Below are positions 10,456 to 20,740 of a stretch of 64,000 nt of DNA, in pieces (within the stretch, counting starts at the first letter, position 1; each line of letters starts with the position of its first letter). Under the pieces are notes generated by a model that searched no databases, was not told where the DNA came from, and worked only from the letters and a program-made list of their open reading frames with translations. The translations under genes and the position numbers were made by a program. Source of the stretch: a virus (taxonomy: Duplodnaviria > Heunggongvirae > Uroviricota > Caudoviricetes); the IMG/VR virus record IMGVR_UViG_3300028048_001599. One strand, given 5' to 3'.

Positions 10456-11290
10456 ATCAATTGAAATAAATATGTTGAATGAAACATTAAAGGCATTTAA
10501 TGACGGATGTTATAGAGCTGGTAACAAATCAGTCAAGACATCCGCCATTGATATATTAAGTGATGTAACGGTTATTTTGCCTGATGATTTGGATAAATTG
10601 GCAGACATCGACCCCGTTATTACATCGAATCATTGTAAACTTGATTGTCAGAATGTAGACACGTTTTCAATGGTAAGAATATTAAAAAGCAAGGGGGTAA
10701 CCAATATAATTGCTCTTAACCTTGCAAGTCCGGTCAATCCGGGTGGCGGTGTTCGTAAGGGTGCTAAGGCTCAGGAGGAGGACTTATGTAGAAAGAGTTC
10801 ACTACTTTTTTCCCTTGAATCACAGGTAGCTAAGGTCTATTATGACTATAATAGAAAAGCTAATACATTCATGGGAACAAGTGCAATGATGGTTACTCCA
10901 AAGGTTGAAATTATACGTGACGATAATGGCAAGTTTTTACCAGAGCCTGTAGAAACTTCTGTTTTAACCTGTGCAGCACCTAAGTTAGTTAAGGGTGAAA
11001 AACTCAATATGAAGAATTACCGTTCATTGGTCTATAACCGTATTGGTTATATGTTAACGGTTCTTGCACATCAGGGTTTCAAAAACTTGGTTCTTGGGGC
11101 ATGGGGTTGTGGTGCATACGGAAATGACGCTGCTATCATATCAGACTTGTTTAAAGCTTCAATAGTAAACTTCAAATATAAGGGGTACTCTTATAACGAA
11201 GTTTTTGATTCAATCACATTTGCTGTTCTTGATAAAACCGATTCACAGTATAATTTCAAGCAGTTTAAGCGTAATTTCAGGGAAAAGTAG
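10445..11290 (+). CDS. TIGR02452/DUF2263 family bacterial-type poly(ADP-ribose) glycohydrolase (macrodomain)
   Basis: Motifs LNLASPVNPGGG...AQEEDLCR, TCAAP and LVLGAWGCGAYGN. Confidence 0.9.
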   Translation: MRNKSIEINMLNETLKAFNDGCYRAGNKSVKTSAIDILSDVTVILPDDLDKLADIDPVITSNHCKLDCQNVDTFSMVRILKSKGVTNIIALNLASPVNPGGGVRKGAKAQEEDLCRKSSLLFSLESQVAKVYYDYNRKANTFMGTSAMMVTPKVEIIRDDNGKFLPEPVETSVLTCAAPKLVKGEKLNMKNYRSLVYNRIGYMLTVLAHQGFKNLVLGAWGCGAYGNDAAIISDLFKASIVNFKYKGYSYNEVFDSITFAVLDKTDSQYNFKQFKRNFREK

Positions 11291-11892
11291 TGGGAGTGAT
11301 AAAAATGTATGCGAAGGAAAAAGTGTTAATAGAGTTAAAAGATAAGGGACTTAATATATTTCCATATGATATAATAACATCAGAAGCCGACTTGTTACAT
11401 TATCATATATTTCATCCGAATTTTACAATTCGGTATACTCGTGAGGTTGCTTGTGGTGACCTACCATTTTATATTGTTTCAAAAAATACAGATGCTTATA
11501 AGGTATTACATATCGCAAGGGAGGCTGAACTTCTCAATTGTGCTATGCTTTGTTCAGACGGTATAGTACATGATAAAGATATGGTTTGTAACTTTGTATT
11601 TAGTAAGACAACAGATGGTAGATTCCTACTTGAATGGCACACTGGTAATATTCCACTTCGTCATATGTACAAAAATGCGGATACAGCGGTAATTGAAGGT
11701 TCTATTCTAGGTTCAACCGAGGACTTCAGTCATAAGGGGTATAATACAAGAAGTCTTGGATATACAGACCTGCAATATATCCTCGACTTTATGGAAGAAA
11801 TAAATATATTTAATAAGCAGGTCGAATGTACGTTGTACAATAAACCAGTAGGCATAAGAAAGGAGCGTATTATAGTATGGGGACTTTCTTAG
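11290..11892 (+). CDS. hypothetical protein
   Basis: 200-aa ORF. Confidence 0.7.
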   Translation: MGVIKMYAKEKVLIELKDKGLNIFPYDIITSEADLLHYHIFHPNFTIRYTREVACGDLPFYIVSKNTDAYKVLHIAREAELLNCAMLCSDGIVHDKDMVCNFVFSKTTDGRFLLEWHTGNIPLRHMYKNADTAVIEGSILGSTEDFSHKGYNTRSLGYTDLQYILDFMEEINIFNKQVECTLYNKPVGIRKERIIVWGLS

Positions 11893-11910
11893 GAATAAGT
11901 AGGTGATATA

Positions 11911-12402
11911 ATGATAACAAAGGCACAGTGGTATTCTGCTAAAAATCATAAGGTCGGCAATGAAATTGATTTTAGCAAAACTCCACTGACAGATTATAAG
12001 GAACTTGTATTGAAACCATCACATGACATCTCTGAAAAATTAAGTAATTTATGTGCGTTTTTAGGTATCAACTTTGTATCGGCATATAATAGTATGATTA
12101 AGCAAATGGGTGACGTTTATAGGATGGGTAGTGTTGAAGGTGGTTGTTGTGAAGCATGTGAATTGAGATACGGTGCTTACGATATTCAACGAGGCTTTTA
12201 TAGTTGGTTAGAAAATGAAATAATTCAAGCACAAGGGCGATATATCTCAATATGTGACATAAATTCAGTAAGTGACTTAAATTTATTTTGTGAAGTAAAC
12301 GATTCATTGTACGATACTAATTATGTCGAGTTATTGTCAAGCAGGTCTGAAAAAGAAAAACCTATAGATACATTAAGACGTATCGTCATAATGAATAAAT
12401 GA
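11911..12402 (+). CDS. hypothetical protein
   Basis: 163 aa, RBS AGGTG. Confidence 0.7.
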   Translation: MITKAQWYSAKNHKVGNEIDFSKTPLTDYKELVLKPSHDISEKLSNLCAFLGINFVSAYNSMIKQMGDVYRMGSVEGGCCEACELRYGAYDIQRGFYSWLENEIIQAQGRYISICDINSVSDLNLFCEVNDSLYDTNYVELLSSRSEKEKPIDTLRRIVIMNK

Positions 12403-12836
12403 GGTGTATTATGAAAAAATATTTAGTAAACATGCCTGATTCAGTAAAAGAGTTTTGGAGAAAAAGAGAACAAGAGGTTTATGCTGAGGAACATAAATTA
12501 CGTGAGATAATAAAAAATAGCTCAGTAGTTCTCACGTCTGATGGTACTTTACCTTATGCAGTAAATAATCTGTATTATCAGAATGGGGTAGCATGTCCAG
12601 TTAGGTTGGATATTAACTTACAGTGTATGTTTAATACTCAGTCTGTATTTATATGGTTTACACCGAAAGATAATGTATTATATGGAAAATGTGAGACACA
12701 TATCTTAATGCGAACAGAACTTGTTTATGATATTATGGATATAGAAATAGTTGAGGTTAATATACCTTTATCTAAGGTATCAAAAGAGGTTCGTAATTAT
12801 ATATCAGAGCTGCAGAAACGGGTACTTGGTGGTTAA
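12399..12836 (+). CDS. hypothetical protein
   Basis: 145 aa. The true start may be the ATG at 12411 after GAGGTG. Confidence 0.7.
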   Translation: MRCIMKKYLVNMPDSVKEFWRKREQEVYAEEHKLREIIKNSSVVLTSDGTLPYAVNNLYYQNGVACPVRLDINLQCMFNTQSVFIWFTPKDNVLYGKCETHILMRTELVYDIMDIEIVEVNIPLSKVSKEVRNYISELQKRVLGG

Positions 12837-12914
12837 TAACCATAATTTATTCAGAAATGTTATAAAATTCATACTCGTGTATATACTTTTCTTTATAGTA
12901 AATGAGGTGATATT

Positions 12915-13328
12915 ATGACAAATGTGGAAAAAAGGCTTAATAGAATTTCCAACATTAAGGATAAATTAAAAAATGGGGAGCATATACTCTTTACAGTAAA
13001 ATACAGGGTTTCCGCTGTTGGTAAAACGTGCGGTCAGTCGATATGTAGTTTATATGCACTTGGTCACAAAGTCAGTGACAGAGTCGGAGGGGGTAATGAA
13101 CTTGTGAGTGGTTGTTTTTGTGATTTTATAAATATAGCTCTTCAGCAGGAAATGTTAATATATAATAAAAACCACTCATCTTCTGATTTTATAAATGTAC
13201 ATTATAAAGACATAACTATTATTGATAATGGTTTAAATTTTCTTTGTGATAAACTTCCAAAATTAGGTTATTGTTTAAAGGATATAGGTAGAAACAATTA
13301 TGTGATGTATAAAGTTGATAAAAACTAA
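12915..13328 (+). CDS. hypothetical protein
   Basis: 137 aa, RBS GAGGTG. Confidence 0.65.
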   Translation: MTNVEKRLNRISNIKDKLKNGEHILFTVKYRVSAVGKTCGQSICSLYALGHKVSDRVGGGNELVSGCFCDFINIALQQEMLIYNKNHSSSDFINVHYKDITIIDNGLNFLCDKLPKLGYCLKDIGRNNYVMYKVDKN

Positions 13329-13406
13329 TATAAAAATCAATAGTAAATAACATCACATTTTTAATTGATACATGATTTATAATTTAGCACTCTTTTTCAA
13401 CATATA

Positions 13407-15134
13407 ATGGAGGTGTTGATAATGATTGGATTATATAAAATTCGAGAGGACTACTTGGCTTACATTGACGAACAGTTATCTAAGTTGCGTAACAAATATC
13501 CAGATTGTAACATAAGGGTAGTAATTAAGAACCGATTTTCTGAATTAGTCGGTACTAAGGAGGTTACATTCTTAATCATTCAGGTATCAAGTAACGCACT
13601 CATCAATGGTCAGCAACTAATTGCTCATCTACAATATACAGAAAAGGGTAACATAATTACACCATATGTAAATTTACCTGAAAGTATGTATAGTCAATGG
13701 TACAATGTACCGATAGTATGCGAGCATTGTGGGGTAAATAGAAACCGTAAACACTCATTCATAGTACGAGATGTAGCTACGAATACTTATAGACAAATCG
13801 GTGACTCTTGTGTTAATAAGTATACACGGGGTGATAGTGTAGCTGCTGCGAGGGCTATTGAACGGTTCTTAGGGTTATTTACACCTGAAAAGCTTGAGGC
13901 TTTATATCAAAGGGAGCCGATGCCACTGTATCTTTACAAAGACTTGATAGCAAGTATTATATCAGGCAAGTGTTACAAGGCTGGGTTATACGATGACCTT
14001 ACCGACAAAGCGAAAAAGTTCATAGATGATATGCATGTTTGGGTCAACTCGCTTGATAGTAGTAATGTAAAAAATCATAATTATCAGACATTAATAAAAA
14101 CTGTATTTATCCACAAGGATTTTGTTGATGACCTGAGAAAAATGATTAATGATTACAAGTATTTCTTAGATGCACCAAGACGTCAGGCGGAGGCTGAAGC
14201 AAAGAAGAAAGAACGTGAACGTAGAGCTTACGAAGAAGGTAAAGCACAGCACAAGCTAGCAATAGGGGTATACCGAAACGATCTTGAACGAATATTAAAA
14301 GAAAATTCAAAGTACATCGAGGCTTATAAAAACAATCAGGAACTTTTGAATACCAATCTTAATGAAGTTTCACATACATCGAAACGTTTAGGTGAAGTTG
14401 GTGAGAAGGTTGAAGTAACCATATGTAGTGTAGTGTTAAAATATAAGAATCCATCTGACTTTGGTGGCCATTATGGTATATACATATTTGAGACATTAGA
14501 CGGTGACGTTATTCAGTGGGGAACTACTGTAGAAAAGGTTGTTGATAAATACAACTTTCCATCAGTTGTAGACGAACCTAAGTCAGTTGGGTTCATACTC
14601 AAAGGAACGATTAAGAGTCTGAAGGAAAGAGATGGTAACGAAACAACTTGTTTAACTAACTGTCGTCTAAAAGCAACAGTTGTTCCTAAAAAGGTAGACA
14701 CTTATGATTCAGCATTGATTTCGCAAGTTCAAATGGGGTATCGTACACTAGCTAACTACAAATTAGGTTGTCAATTTGCAGATAAACTTAAAGACTACGA
14801 TGTTTACCTAGAAGAACTAAAGAAACAAAGAGAACGAGATTTAAAATCTGTTAGTTCTGATAGACTTGGTGAGTCAGTGGAATTAACAATAGTAAGTATA
14901 CGTGAATTTTACGACGGTTACAATACAGCTTACCTTGTCAGATGTTCAGACAATAATCTTTACAAGTTTTATTATGATTTCTACATCTTAAGGAAGTTAT
15001 GTATTGTTCTTCCAGATAAGGTAGACATTGAGGTACCTGTAAGTCAAAAGTGTAAGTTTAGGGGTACACTTAAAAGTTCTCATGTATATGACGGTATAAA
15101 GTACACTTGGGTAGCATATCCAAAAATTCTATAA
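13407..15134 (+). CDS. phage-type protein with a CEHC Zn motif and two C-terminal OB-fold-like repeats
   Basis: CEHCGVNRNRK...QIGDSC. Two repeats begin S.RLGE..V.T and end in KGT/RGT-[IL]-KS...G...T. Confidence 0.65.
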   Translation: MEVLIMIGLYKIREDYLAYIDEQLSKLRNKYPDCNIRVVIKNRFSELVGTKEVTFLIIQVSSNALINGQQLIAHLQYTEKGNIITPYVNLPESMYSQWYNVPIVCEHCGVNRNRKHSFIVRDVATNTYRQIGDSCVNKYTRGDSVAAARAIERFLGLFTPEKLEALYQREPMPLYLYKDLIASIISGKCYKAGLYDDLTDKAKKFIDDMHVWVNSLDSSNVKNHNYQTLIKTVFIHKDFVDDLRKMINDYKYFLDAPRRQAEAEAKKKERERRAYEEGKAQHKLAIGVYRNDLERILKENSKYIEAYKNNQELLNTNLNEVSHTSKRLGEVGEKVEVTICSVVLKYKNPSDFGGHYGIYIFETLDGDVIQWGTTVEKVVDKYNFPSVVDEPKSVGFILKGTIKSLKERDGNETTCLTNCRLKATVVPKKVDTYDSALISQVQMGYRTLANYKLGCQFADKLKDYDVYLEELKKQRERDLKSVSSDRLGESVELTIVSIREFYDGYNTAYLVRCSDNNLYKFYYDFYILRKLCIVLPDKVDIEVPVSQKCKFRGTLKSSHVYDGIKYTWVAYPKIL

Positions 15135-15146
15135 TGGAGGTATACT

Positions 15147-15626
15147 ATGTTTTACTACATTGAAAAATGTGACAGTGAATTTGCTTGTTTCACATTAGAA
15201 AGACGGTCTATGGAATATTACACAAGCGTGGATAAATGTTGTGTAACATTAAGTCCTATTTTGGACTCAAAGGTTTTGAAGTTTGTGAAGCAAGGAAAAT
15301 CAATAGATGGAGTAGTCTATTATAGACCTTATTATGAACTGTGGGATTACATCAATAATCAGCTTAAGACCTCCGAAATAAAAGAGTACATAATCAGATA
15401 TGCCGATGGCACTGAGGAACATGTTGATAAACTTGATGCCGATGCGATAGACAATAAGAAGAAATTTAACATTTATGTTGAGGCTATTGGTATTGATGGT
15501 AAGGAAGTTGCGCATATTTCCGACAATAAATTATTTATCAGGAACTATTATGATGGTCTTAATTTACTTATGGCATTTTATGCTGATACATACGAAATAA
15601 ACAAACCATTAGATGAGTATTTATAA
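15147..15626 (+). CDS. hypothetical protein
   Basis: 159 aa, RBS GGAGG. Confidence 0.7.
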   Translation: MFYYIEKCDSEFACFTLERRSMEYYTSVDKCCVTLSPILDSKVLKFVKQGKSIDGVVYYRPYYELWDYINNQLKTSEIKEYIIRYADGTEEHVDKLDADAIDNKKKFNIYVEAIGIDGKEVAHISDNKLFIRNYYDGLNLLMAFYADTYEINKPLDEYL

Positions 15627-15723
15627 TAACATAAAAAAATAATAACACTTTTGTAATTTTTATTAAAATTTTGTAATAATTAAGCCACCTTAATCTATAA
15701 TAAGATGAAAGGTGGTTTAATTT

Positions 15724-16965
15724 ATGAAAAAAATAATAGCGATAGTAAGTGCAATAGCAATGTCAATGTCAATAGTGGCTGGTAGTGCTACAAGTGTAAG
15801 TGCAACGTCAGGTTCTACGGGTGTCGGTATGTCGGCTCACGCATTGAAGGCATACAATGAGAATTGGCAATACGTGTATGGTAGTGCAACAACAGGATAT
15901 GTTGATTGTTCAGGACTAATATGTACATATAATGGGGTAGGTGGCAACCGAGTTGATATGTTAGGTAGTTCATCGGAGTGGGGTTATGTAAGAAATGGTA
16001 TTCCACGTATACATGGTCTTGGACTTCATCAACCTGGACATGTTGGTGTCTACATTGGTTCTAACACGGCTATTGATGCACGTGGTACTGGTTATAATTG
16101 TGTAATGCACAATCCGTATAATAAGTCATGGGTCGAATGGTTCAAGATAGCAGGGGTAGCATACCCGAATACAGGTTGGGTTCTGTTTGATAACAAAGCT
16201 TTCTATTATGAAGACGGTCAGTATATAGTAGATACATCAAGGGAATTAGATGGGGTAACCTATAATTTTGATAGTTTAGGCAGGTCAGATGTACTACCAC
16301 CTGAGGATGTGTATACACAGACAGATTATTCAAACGTAACAATTAATCAACCTACGGTTTCATATGCACCACAACCTGTTTCTACTGAGGGGCAAGCACA
16401 AATAGACGCAGAAAACAGGGCTGCTGAACAGCGAAGGGTTGAGGAAAAAAGAAAAGAGGAAGCACGTAAAAAGAAAGAAGCTGAACGCAAAAAGAAAGAA
16501 GCTGAACGTAAAAAGAAAGAAGCTGAACGTAAAAAGAAAGAAGCTGAACGCAAAAAGAAAGAAGCTGAACGTAAAAAGCGTCGTCAAGAGGCTATAAATA
16601 AACGTTTAAAATTTGAGAAATCGAAATATTGTAACATAGGTAGTACAGGACTTCTTGTAGTTGAATATCAAGAACTTCTTAAAAAGTACGGTTATTATAA
16701 GGGCGAGATAACCGGGTATTTCGATGAATCTACATCTCAGGCTTTATCAGACTTTGCAAAAAATAACAAATTAATGGCTGTTGGTATCGGTGATGAGGGG
16801 ATTTATAATACCCTTAAGTCAACATATGTAGAAACAAAGCCAATTACCTTTGAACCAATGCCTGGTGTTGCAATTGAACAAAAAACAAGGTTACAGTCAG
16901 ATGGAAAGATTGTACCTATAGAAAATAGTTTTATGTTTATTGATTCAACTATCACTTATAAGTAA
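15724..16965 (+). CDS. secreted NlpC/P60-like cell-wall hydrolase with a charged coiled-coil and a peptidoglycan-binding domain
   Basis: Signal peptide; YVYG...DCSGL...GHVGVYIG catalytic Cys/His; GST G.V.EYQELLKKYGYY.GEITGYF PG_binding_1-like segment. Confidence 0.85.
   Translation: MKKIIAIVSAIAMSMSIVAGSATSVSATSGSTGVGMSAHALKAYNENWQYVYGSATTGYVDCSGLICTYNGVGGNRVDMLGSSSEWGYVRNGIPRIHGLGLHQPGHVGVYIGSNTAIDARGTGYNCVMHNPYNKSWVEWFKIAGVAYPNTGWVLFDNKAFYYEDGQYIVDTSRELDGVTYNFDSLGRSDVLPPEDVYTQTDYSNVTINQPTVSYAPQPVSTEGQAQIDAENRAAEQRRVEEKRKEEARKKKEAERKKKEAERKKKEAERKKKEAERKKKEAERKKRRQEAINKRLKFEKSKYCNIGSTGLLVVEYQELLKKYGYYKGEITGYFDESTSQALSDFAKNNKLMAVGIGDEGIYNTLKSTYVETKPITFEPMPGVAIEQKTRLQSDGKIVPIENSFMFIDSTITYK
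16468..16578 (+). repeat. 21-bp coding tandem repeat (KKKEAER x5)
   Basis: AAAAAGAAAGAAGCTGAACGY repeated five times. Confidence 0.95.
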
Positions 16966-17118
16966 ATATTACTCAAATATCTACTAAAAAATTTAATATT
17001 ATAGTGAGAAATTTTTTACATACGTTAAAATTTTAGTGTGAAAAATTGAAAGCTATGGATTCTTAAGGTGGCAAAATATAGAAATATAGTTTGCCACTTT
17101 TTACTTAGAGGTGATATT

Positions 17119-17316
17119 ATGAAACATGAAGTAACAAAGGGGGATATGTGTAAAGCAGTAAGAGGTAACTTATTATCTTCCTACATATCAATTTTATTAT
17201 GTCAACAAAAAGGTGATATAACGGAAAAACAGTTTCTCACCGATTTAGCTATTGGAAGTTCTCCTATGTATTCATTAGCAAAGGATATGGTTCAGTATAA
17301 TATTAAAAAATATTAA
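17119..17316 (+). pseudogene. 5' part of a gene interrupted by IS607
   Basis: RBS GAGGTG plus ATG at 17119. The frame joins ORF 19309..19776 when the IS is removed at an AT dinucleotide. Confidence 0.7.
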
Positions 17317-17401
17317 AATCAATATAAATTTTATAATAAATTTTATTTAAAATCAGTACTTTTTATTATAATATATAAAGAAAATTAGTGGGGGTTTTAA
17401 T

Positions 17402-18004
17402 ATGAAGGCTAGTGAAGTGTTGCAGTTATTAAAAATTACAAGACCTACATTAACAAAATATGTTAAAGAGGGGAAAATTAAAGTGACTGTGAAAGGTAAT
17501 GGGCAATATGATTATGATGTAGACAGTGTATATAAGATGTTAAATAAAGATATAGAACGAAAGACATATTTATATGCACGTGTATCAACGGTAAAACAGA
17601 AAAAAGATTTAGAGAATCAGATACAGTTGTTAAAAAATTATTGTTTTCAGAATGGATTACAAATAAATGGAATATACACTGATATAGCAAGTGGTATAAG
17701 TTTTGAAAAGCGTAAAGATTTCTTTACAATGCTCGATGATATTATAGCAGGTAAAGTAAAAAAAGTGGTAATAACATATAAAGATAGATTATCACGTGTA
17801 GGGTTTGAGTTATTTAGTTATTTATTTAAGAAATACGGGTGTGAAATAATTGTTGTATCAGAGGTAGGTTCAGAGAAACTTGATAGTGAGGAAATATTTG
17901 AGGAAATTGTGAGTTTACTTCATTGTTATTCTATGAAGCTTTATAGTAAGAGAAAAGGACAGAAAATTAAGTCGGTGCTTGATGAAAAGGATGATAACAC
18001 ATGA
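17402..18004 (+). CDS. tnpA: IS607 transposase (MerR-type HTH + serine recombinase)
   Basis: N-terminal HTH; YARVST, QKKDLENQ, DIASG, DRLSRVGF. Confidence 0.95.
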   Translation: MKASEVLQLLKITRPTLTKYVKEGKIKVTVKGNGQYDYDVDSVYKMLNKDIERKTYLYARVSTVKQKKDLENQIQLLKNYCFQNGLQINGIYTDIASGISFEKRKDFFTMLDDIIAGKVKKVVITYKDRLSRVGFELFSYLFKKYGCEIIVVSEVGSEKLDSEEIFEEIVSLLHCYSMKLYSKRKGQKIKSVLDEKDDNT

Positions 18005-19230
18005 TTGTAACAAGGGTAGAAAAGCATGTTTTAAAGCAGAATAATGTGTTTTATTCTTTAATTGATAACTTTTGTTTCAAAGCAAAGAATTTATATAATC
18101 ATGCTAATTATATTGTACGTCAAGCATTTTGTAGTGAGAATAATTGGGTGAGATATAGGGATTTAGATTTAATACTTAAGAATGATATTGAATATCCAGA
18201 CTATAGGGAAATGCCTACTGCACAGTCAGCACAGCAAATACTGAGATTGTTGGATAAGAATTGGAGTTCATTTTTTAAAGCAATAAAAGATTGGGGTATG
18301 CACAAAGATAAATATTTAGGTAAACCTAAACTTCCAAAGTATAAATCTAAAAATGGTAGAGAAATACTAATATTGACAAATCAAAATGTAAAGTTAAAAG
18401 ATGATATATTAAAGTTTCCAAAAACATTTAAAGGTTTTAATATTACACCTAGATTTATAAAGCGTACAGATTTTGTATCATTTCAACAAGTTAGGTTTTT
18501 ATCAAGAAATAAACATATAATTATAGAACTTGTTTATAACATAGAGGTTCCGAATACAGTGAAGTCTAATGGAAGATATTTAAGTATTGATATAGGTGTA
18601 GATAACTTAGTAGCCATGACAAACAATTTTAACAAAGCACCAGTTCTCATAAATGGCAAGGGTCTAAAATCTATAAATCAATACTATAATAAAAAATTAG
18701 CATATTATAAATCAATAACAAAGGTAATGAACAAAAAGGACTATTCTAATAGACAAAATAAACTTACTATGAAAAGAAATGATAAAATACTTGATTACAT
18801 ACATAAAGCTAGTAGGTATGTAGTTAATTATGCTAAGAAGACTGATGTGTCAGTTATTGTAATAGGTTACAATAAGGAGTGGAAGCAAAACAGTGTAATG
18901 TGTAAACAAGTAAATCAGACTTTTATTCAAATACCATTTAGTAAATTAATAAATCAAATAAAATACAAAGCTGAAGAGTTTGGTATTGAAGTAATTTTAA
19001 CTGAAGAAAGTTATACATCTGGTACGTCATTTTTAGATAATGAACAACCTATAAAAGAATACTACAATAAAAGTAGAAGAATATATAGGGGTTTGTTCAA
19101 GACAAAAAGTGGGGTAGTAATAAATTCTGATGTAAATGGTGCATTTCAGATAATGAAGAAAGTATTTCCAAATGCTTATGCAGATGGAATAGAGGGTTTA
19201 GTGTTTAACCCAGTCAAAGTAAGTGTGTAA
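18001..19230 (+). CDS. tnpB: IS607-type TnpB RNA-guided endonuclease
   Basis: RuvC motifs LSIDIGV, EESYTS (the repositioned Glu typical of IS607 TnpB) and INSDVNGA. Confidence 0.93.
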   Translation: MIVTRVEKHVLKQNNVFYSLIDNFCFKAKNLYNHANYIVRQAFCSENNWVRYRDLDLILKNDIEYPDYREMPTAQSAQQILRLLDKNWSSFFKAIKDWGMHKDKYLGKPKLPKYKSKNGREILILTNQNVKLKDDILKFPKTFKGFNITPRFIKRTDFVSFQQVRFLSRNKHIIIELVYNIEVPNTVKSNGRYLSIDIGVDNLVAMTNNFNKAPVLINGKGLKSINQYYNKKLAYYKSITKVMNKKDYSNRQNKLTMKRNDKILDYIHKASRYVVNYAKKTDVSVIVIGYNKEWKQNSVMCKQVNQTFIQIPFSKLINQIKYKAEEFGIEVILTEESYTSGTSFLDNEQPIKEYYNKSRRIYRGLFKTKSGVVINSDVNGAFQIMKKVFPNAYADGIEGLVFNPVKVSV

Positions 19231-19320
19231 AGCTGATTGACAAAGTTTTAATAAAGTTATTTATTATATTTTAATAGTTTTTATTAAAAACAAAACATAA
19301 TACATAGATTGAATAATGAT
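19189..19320 (+). ncRNA. putative omegaRNA (IS607 right-end scaffold plus flanking guide)
   Basis: Overlaps the tnpB 3' end. Stems GGGTT/AACCC and TTTTAATAAAG/TTTTATTAAAA are conserved in the second copy at 36.7 kb. Boundaries approximate. Confidence 0.6.
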
Positions 19321-19776
19321 TTATTCAAACCTTTAGGTGTCAATAATTTTGAAATAAACTTTATGAAAGAGTTGGACGCGAATGTATTTAAGTTTATGTA
19401 TACAATGGCTTTTTCTGAAAAACCTGCATCTGTGCTACCCTTGGACAAATTAAGGAGTGTTCAGGCAAAATTACATGCATTTATACGTCAAGATATTGAT
19501 GTATTGTTTGGTATAGCAAAAGCTAATGACCTGTTTGATCCAGTACTTCTAAAATATGGTATGAAAATAACTGATATGGAAAATAACCCATGTATAATTT
19601 CGAGATGTTGTACAAGTTTTAATGACATGGTTTATTATTGTTTCGTTCATGATAAATTGAGGGGTACTAAAATGTCTAATGATTACTCACTGGTTTATGA
19701 TGACTTAAAAACTAAGGGTTTATCATATGATGATAGATTAAAAATTCTTCAGTCATATATTGAGGACGTATCTTAA
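19300..19776 (+). pseudogene. 3' part of the gene interrupted by IS607
   Basis: No RBS; the frame is open up to the IS right end. The joined sequence reads ...VQYN-IHRLNNDLFKP... Confidence 0.7.
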
Positions 19777-19788
19777 TAGGGGGTAACT

Positions 19789-19980
19789 ATGAATATTGTT
19801 GTAAGAACGCCATCTGGTAATTATTTAGTACTTAATTATGGGCGCTTTATAGTAGCATCTAAGTTGTGGCGAGTGCCATTACTTGATAGTATGGCTAAAG
19901 CGAATATGTTTAATCCAAACAATATGAAGGCAAGATATGTAACAATAACGGATAGTTATTATAAAAAATTGATAAATTAA
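19789..19980 (+). CDS. hypothetical protein
   Basis: 63 aa, RBS AGGGGG. Confidence 0.6.
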   Translation: MNIVVRTPSGNYLVLNYGRFIVASKLWRVPLLDSMAKANMFNPNNMKARYVTITDSYYKKLIN

Positions 19981-19989
19981 GGAGTTATT

Positions 19990-20712
19990 ATGGAAAACTT
20001 ATGTACTAATGAAATTATATCGAAAGCATATAAGCAGGCTTTAATTTCAAAAGCTCTTATAGAAAATGATACATGGATATATCAAGATGAACTAAGTTCA
20101 AACCATCTTGACATTTATAAAAGACCACTAAAGGATTTATATGATAACAGTATAATGTTGATTAAGTCTGAGATACATAATAATGAAAGTATGAACTTAT
20201 TTGAGTTGGAAAAAGTAGAATTAGAAATATCAAACACATTGGGTATTTCTCTCGACAACTCAGGTAGGGTCACGGCAATTCCTGTTTGCGTTGAAGCCAT
20301 TATTGTTGACTTGAGAAAATGTGCATATAAAAAGTATTGTACTATTAAGGACATTAGAACAGTTATCGAGTGTGTTCAGACATGGAAAAATCCTATAAAG
20401 AACATCTGTAAATTTGTGGATATACTTGACAAATTGAATATACTTTATAATAAAGCAATAGTCGCAATTCAGAAGTATGGTACACATCAGATTGATTTAA
20501 ATGCTTTTGATTTGGAAATCAAGAACATAACATCAGAAATGAAGGACTGTTTAGATACTGTTATTGACCATGATGAAGTAAAGGCAGACTTCAAAGAAAT
20601 AGGTGCTACGGGGTATACAAAGCTTAATCGGGAATATGAAAAATTTCGGTTATTTTATAATCGTTTATCGAGTGATTATCAAGTTATCAGGTCGGTCACA
20701 GATTTGCTGTAA
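19990..20712 (+). CDS. hypothetical helical protein
   Basis: 240 aa, RBS AAGGAG. Confidence 0.75.
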   Translation: MENLCTNEIISKAYKQALISKALIENDTWIYQDELSSNHLDIYKRPLKDLYDNSIMLIKSEIHNNESMNLFELEKVELEISNTLGISLDNSGRVTAIPVCVEAIIVDLRKCAYKKYCTIKDIRTVIECVQTWKNPIKNICKFVDILDKLNILYNKAIVAIQKYGTHQIDLNAFDLEIKNITSEMKDCLDTVIDHDEVKADFKEIGATGYTKLNREYEKFRLFYNRLSSDYQVIRSVTDLL

Positions 20713-20740
20713 TGGCTCAGAATGGCTCAGAATGGCTCAA
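20711..20740. repeat. 10-bp tandem repeat AATGGCTCAG x3
   Basis: aatggctcag aatggctcag aatggctcaa. Confidence 0.85.

Larger units (their letters stand above)
17302..19301 (+). mobile_element. IS607-family insertion sequence (tnpA + tnpB)
   Basis: Overlapping serine-recombinase and TnpB genes. The right end is defined by identity with 36.7 kb; the left end is inferred from in-frame restoration of the target gene. Confidence 0.88.

Noticed and set aside
16347-16587. Minus-strand repeat ORFs (LRSASFF...)
   Set aside because: Shadow frames of the KKKEAER coding repeat.
18001-19230. Cas12 or catalytically dead TnpB
   Set aside because: There is no CRISPR array, and the missing canonical RuvC-II Glu is replaced by the EESYTS Glu normal for IS607 TnpB.
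17302-19301. IStron (group I intron + IS607)
   Set aside because: Only about 100 AT-rich bp lie between the left end and tnpA, too short for a group I intron core.
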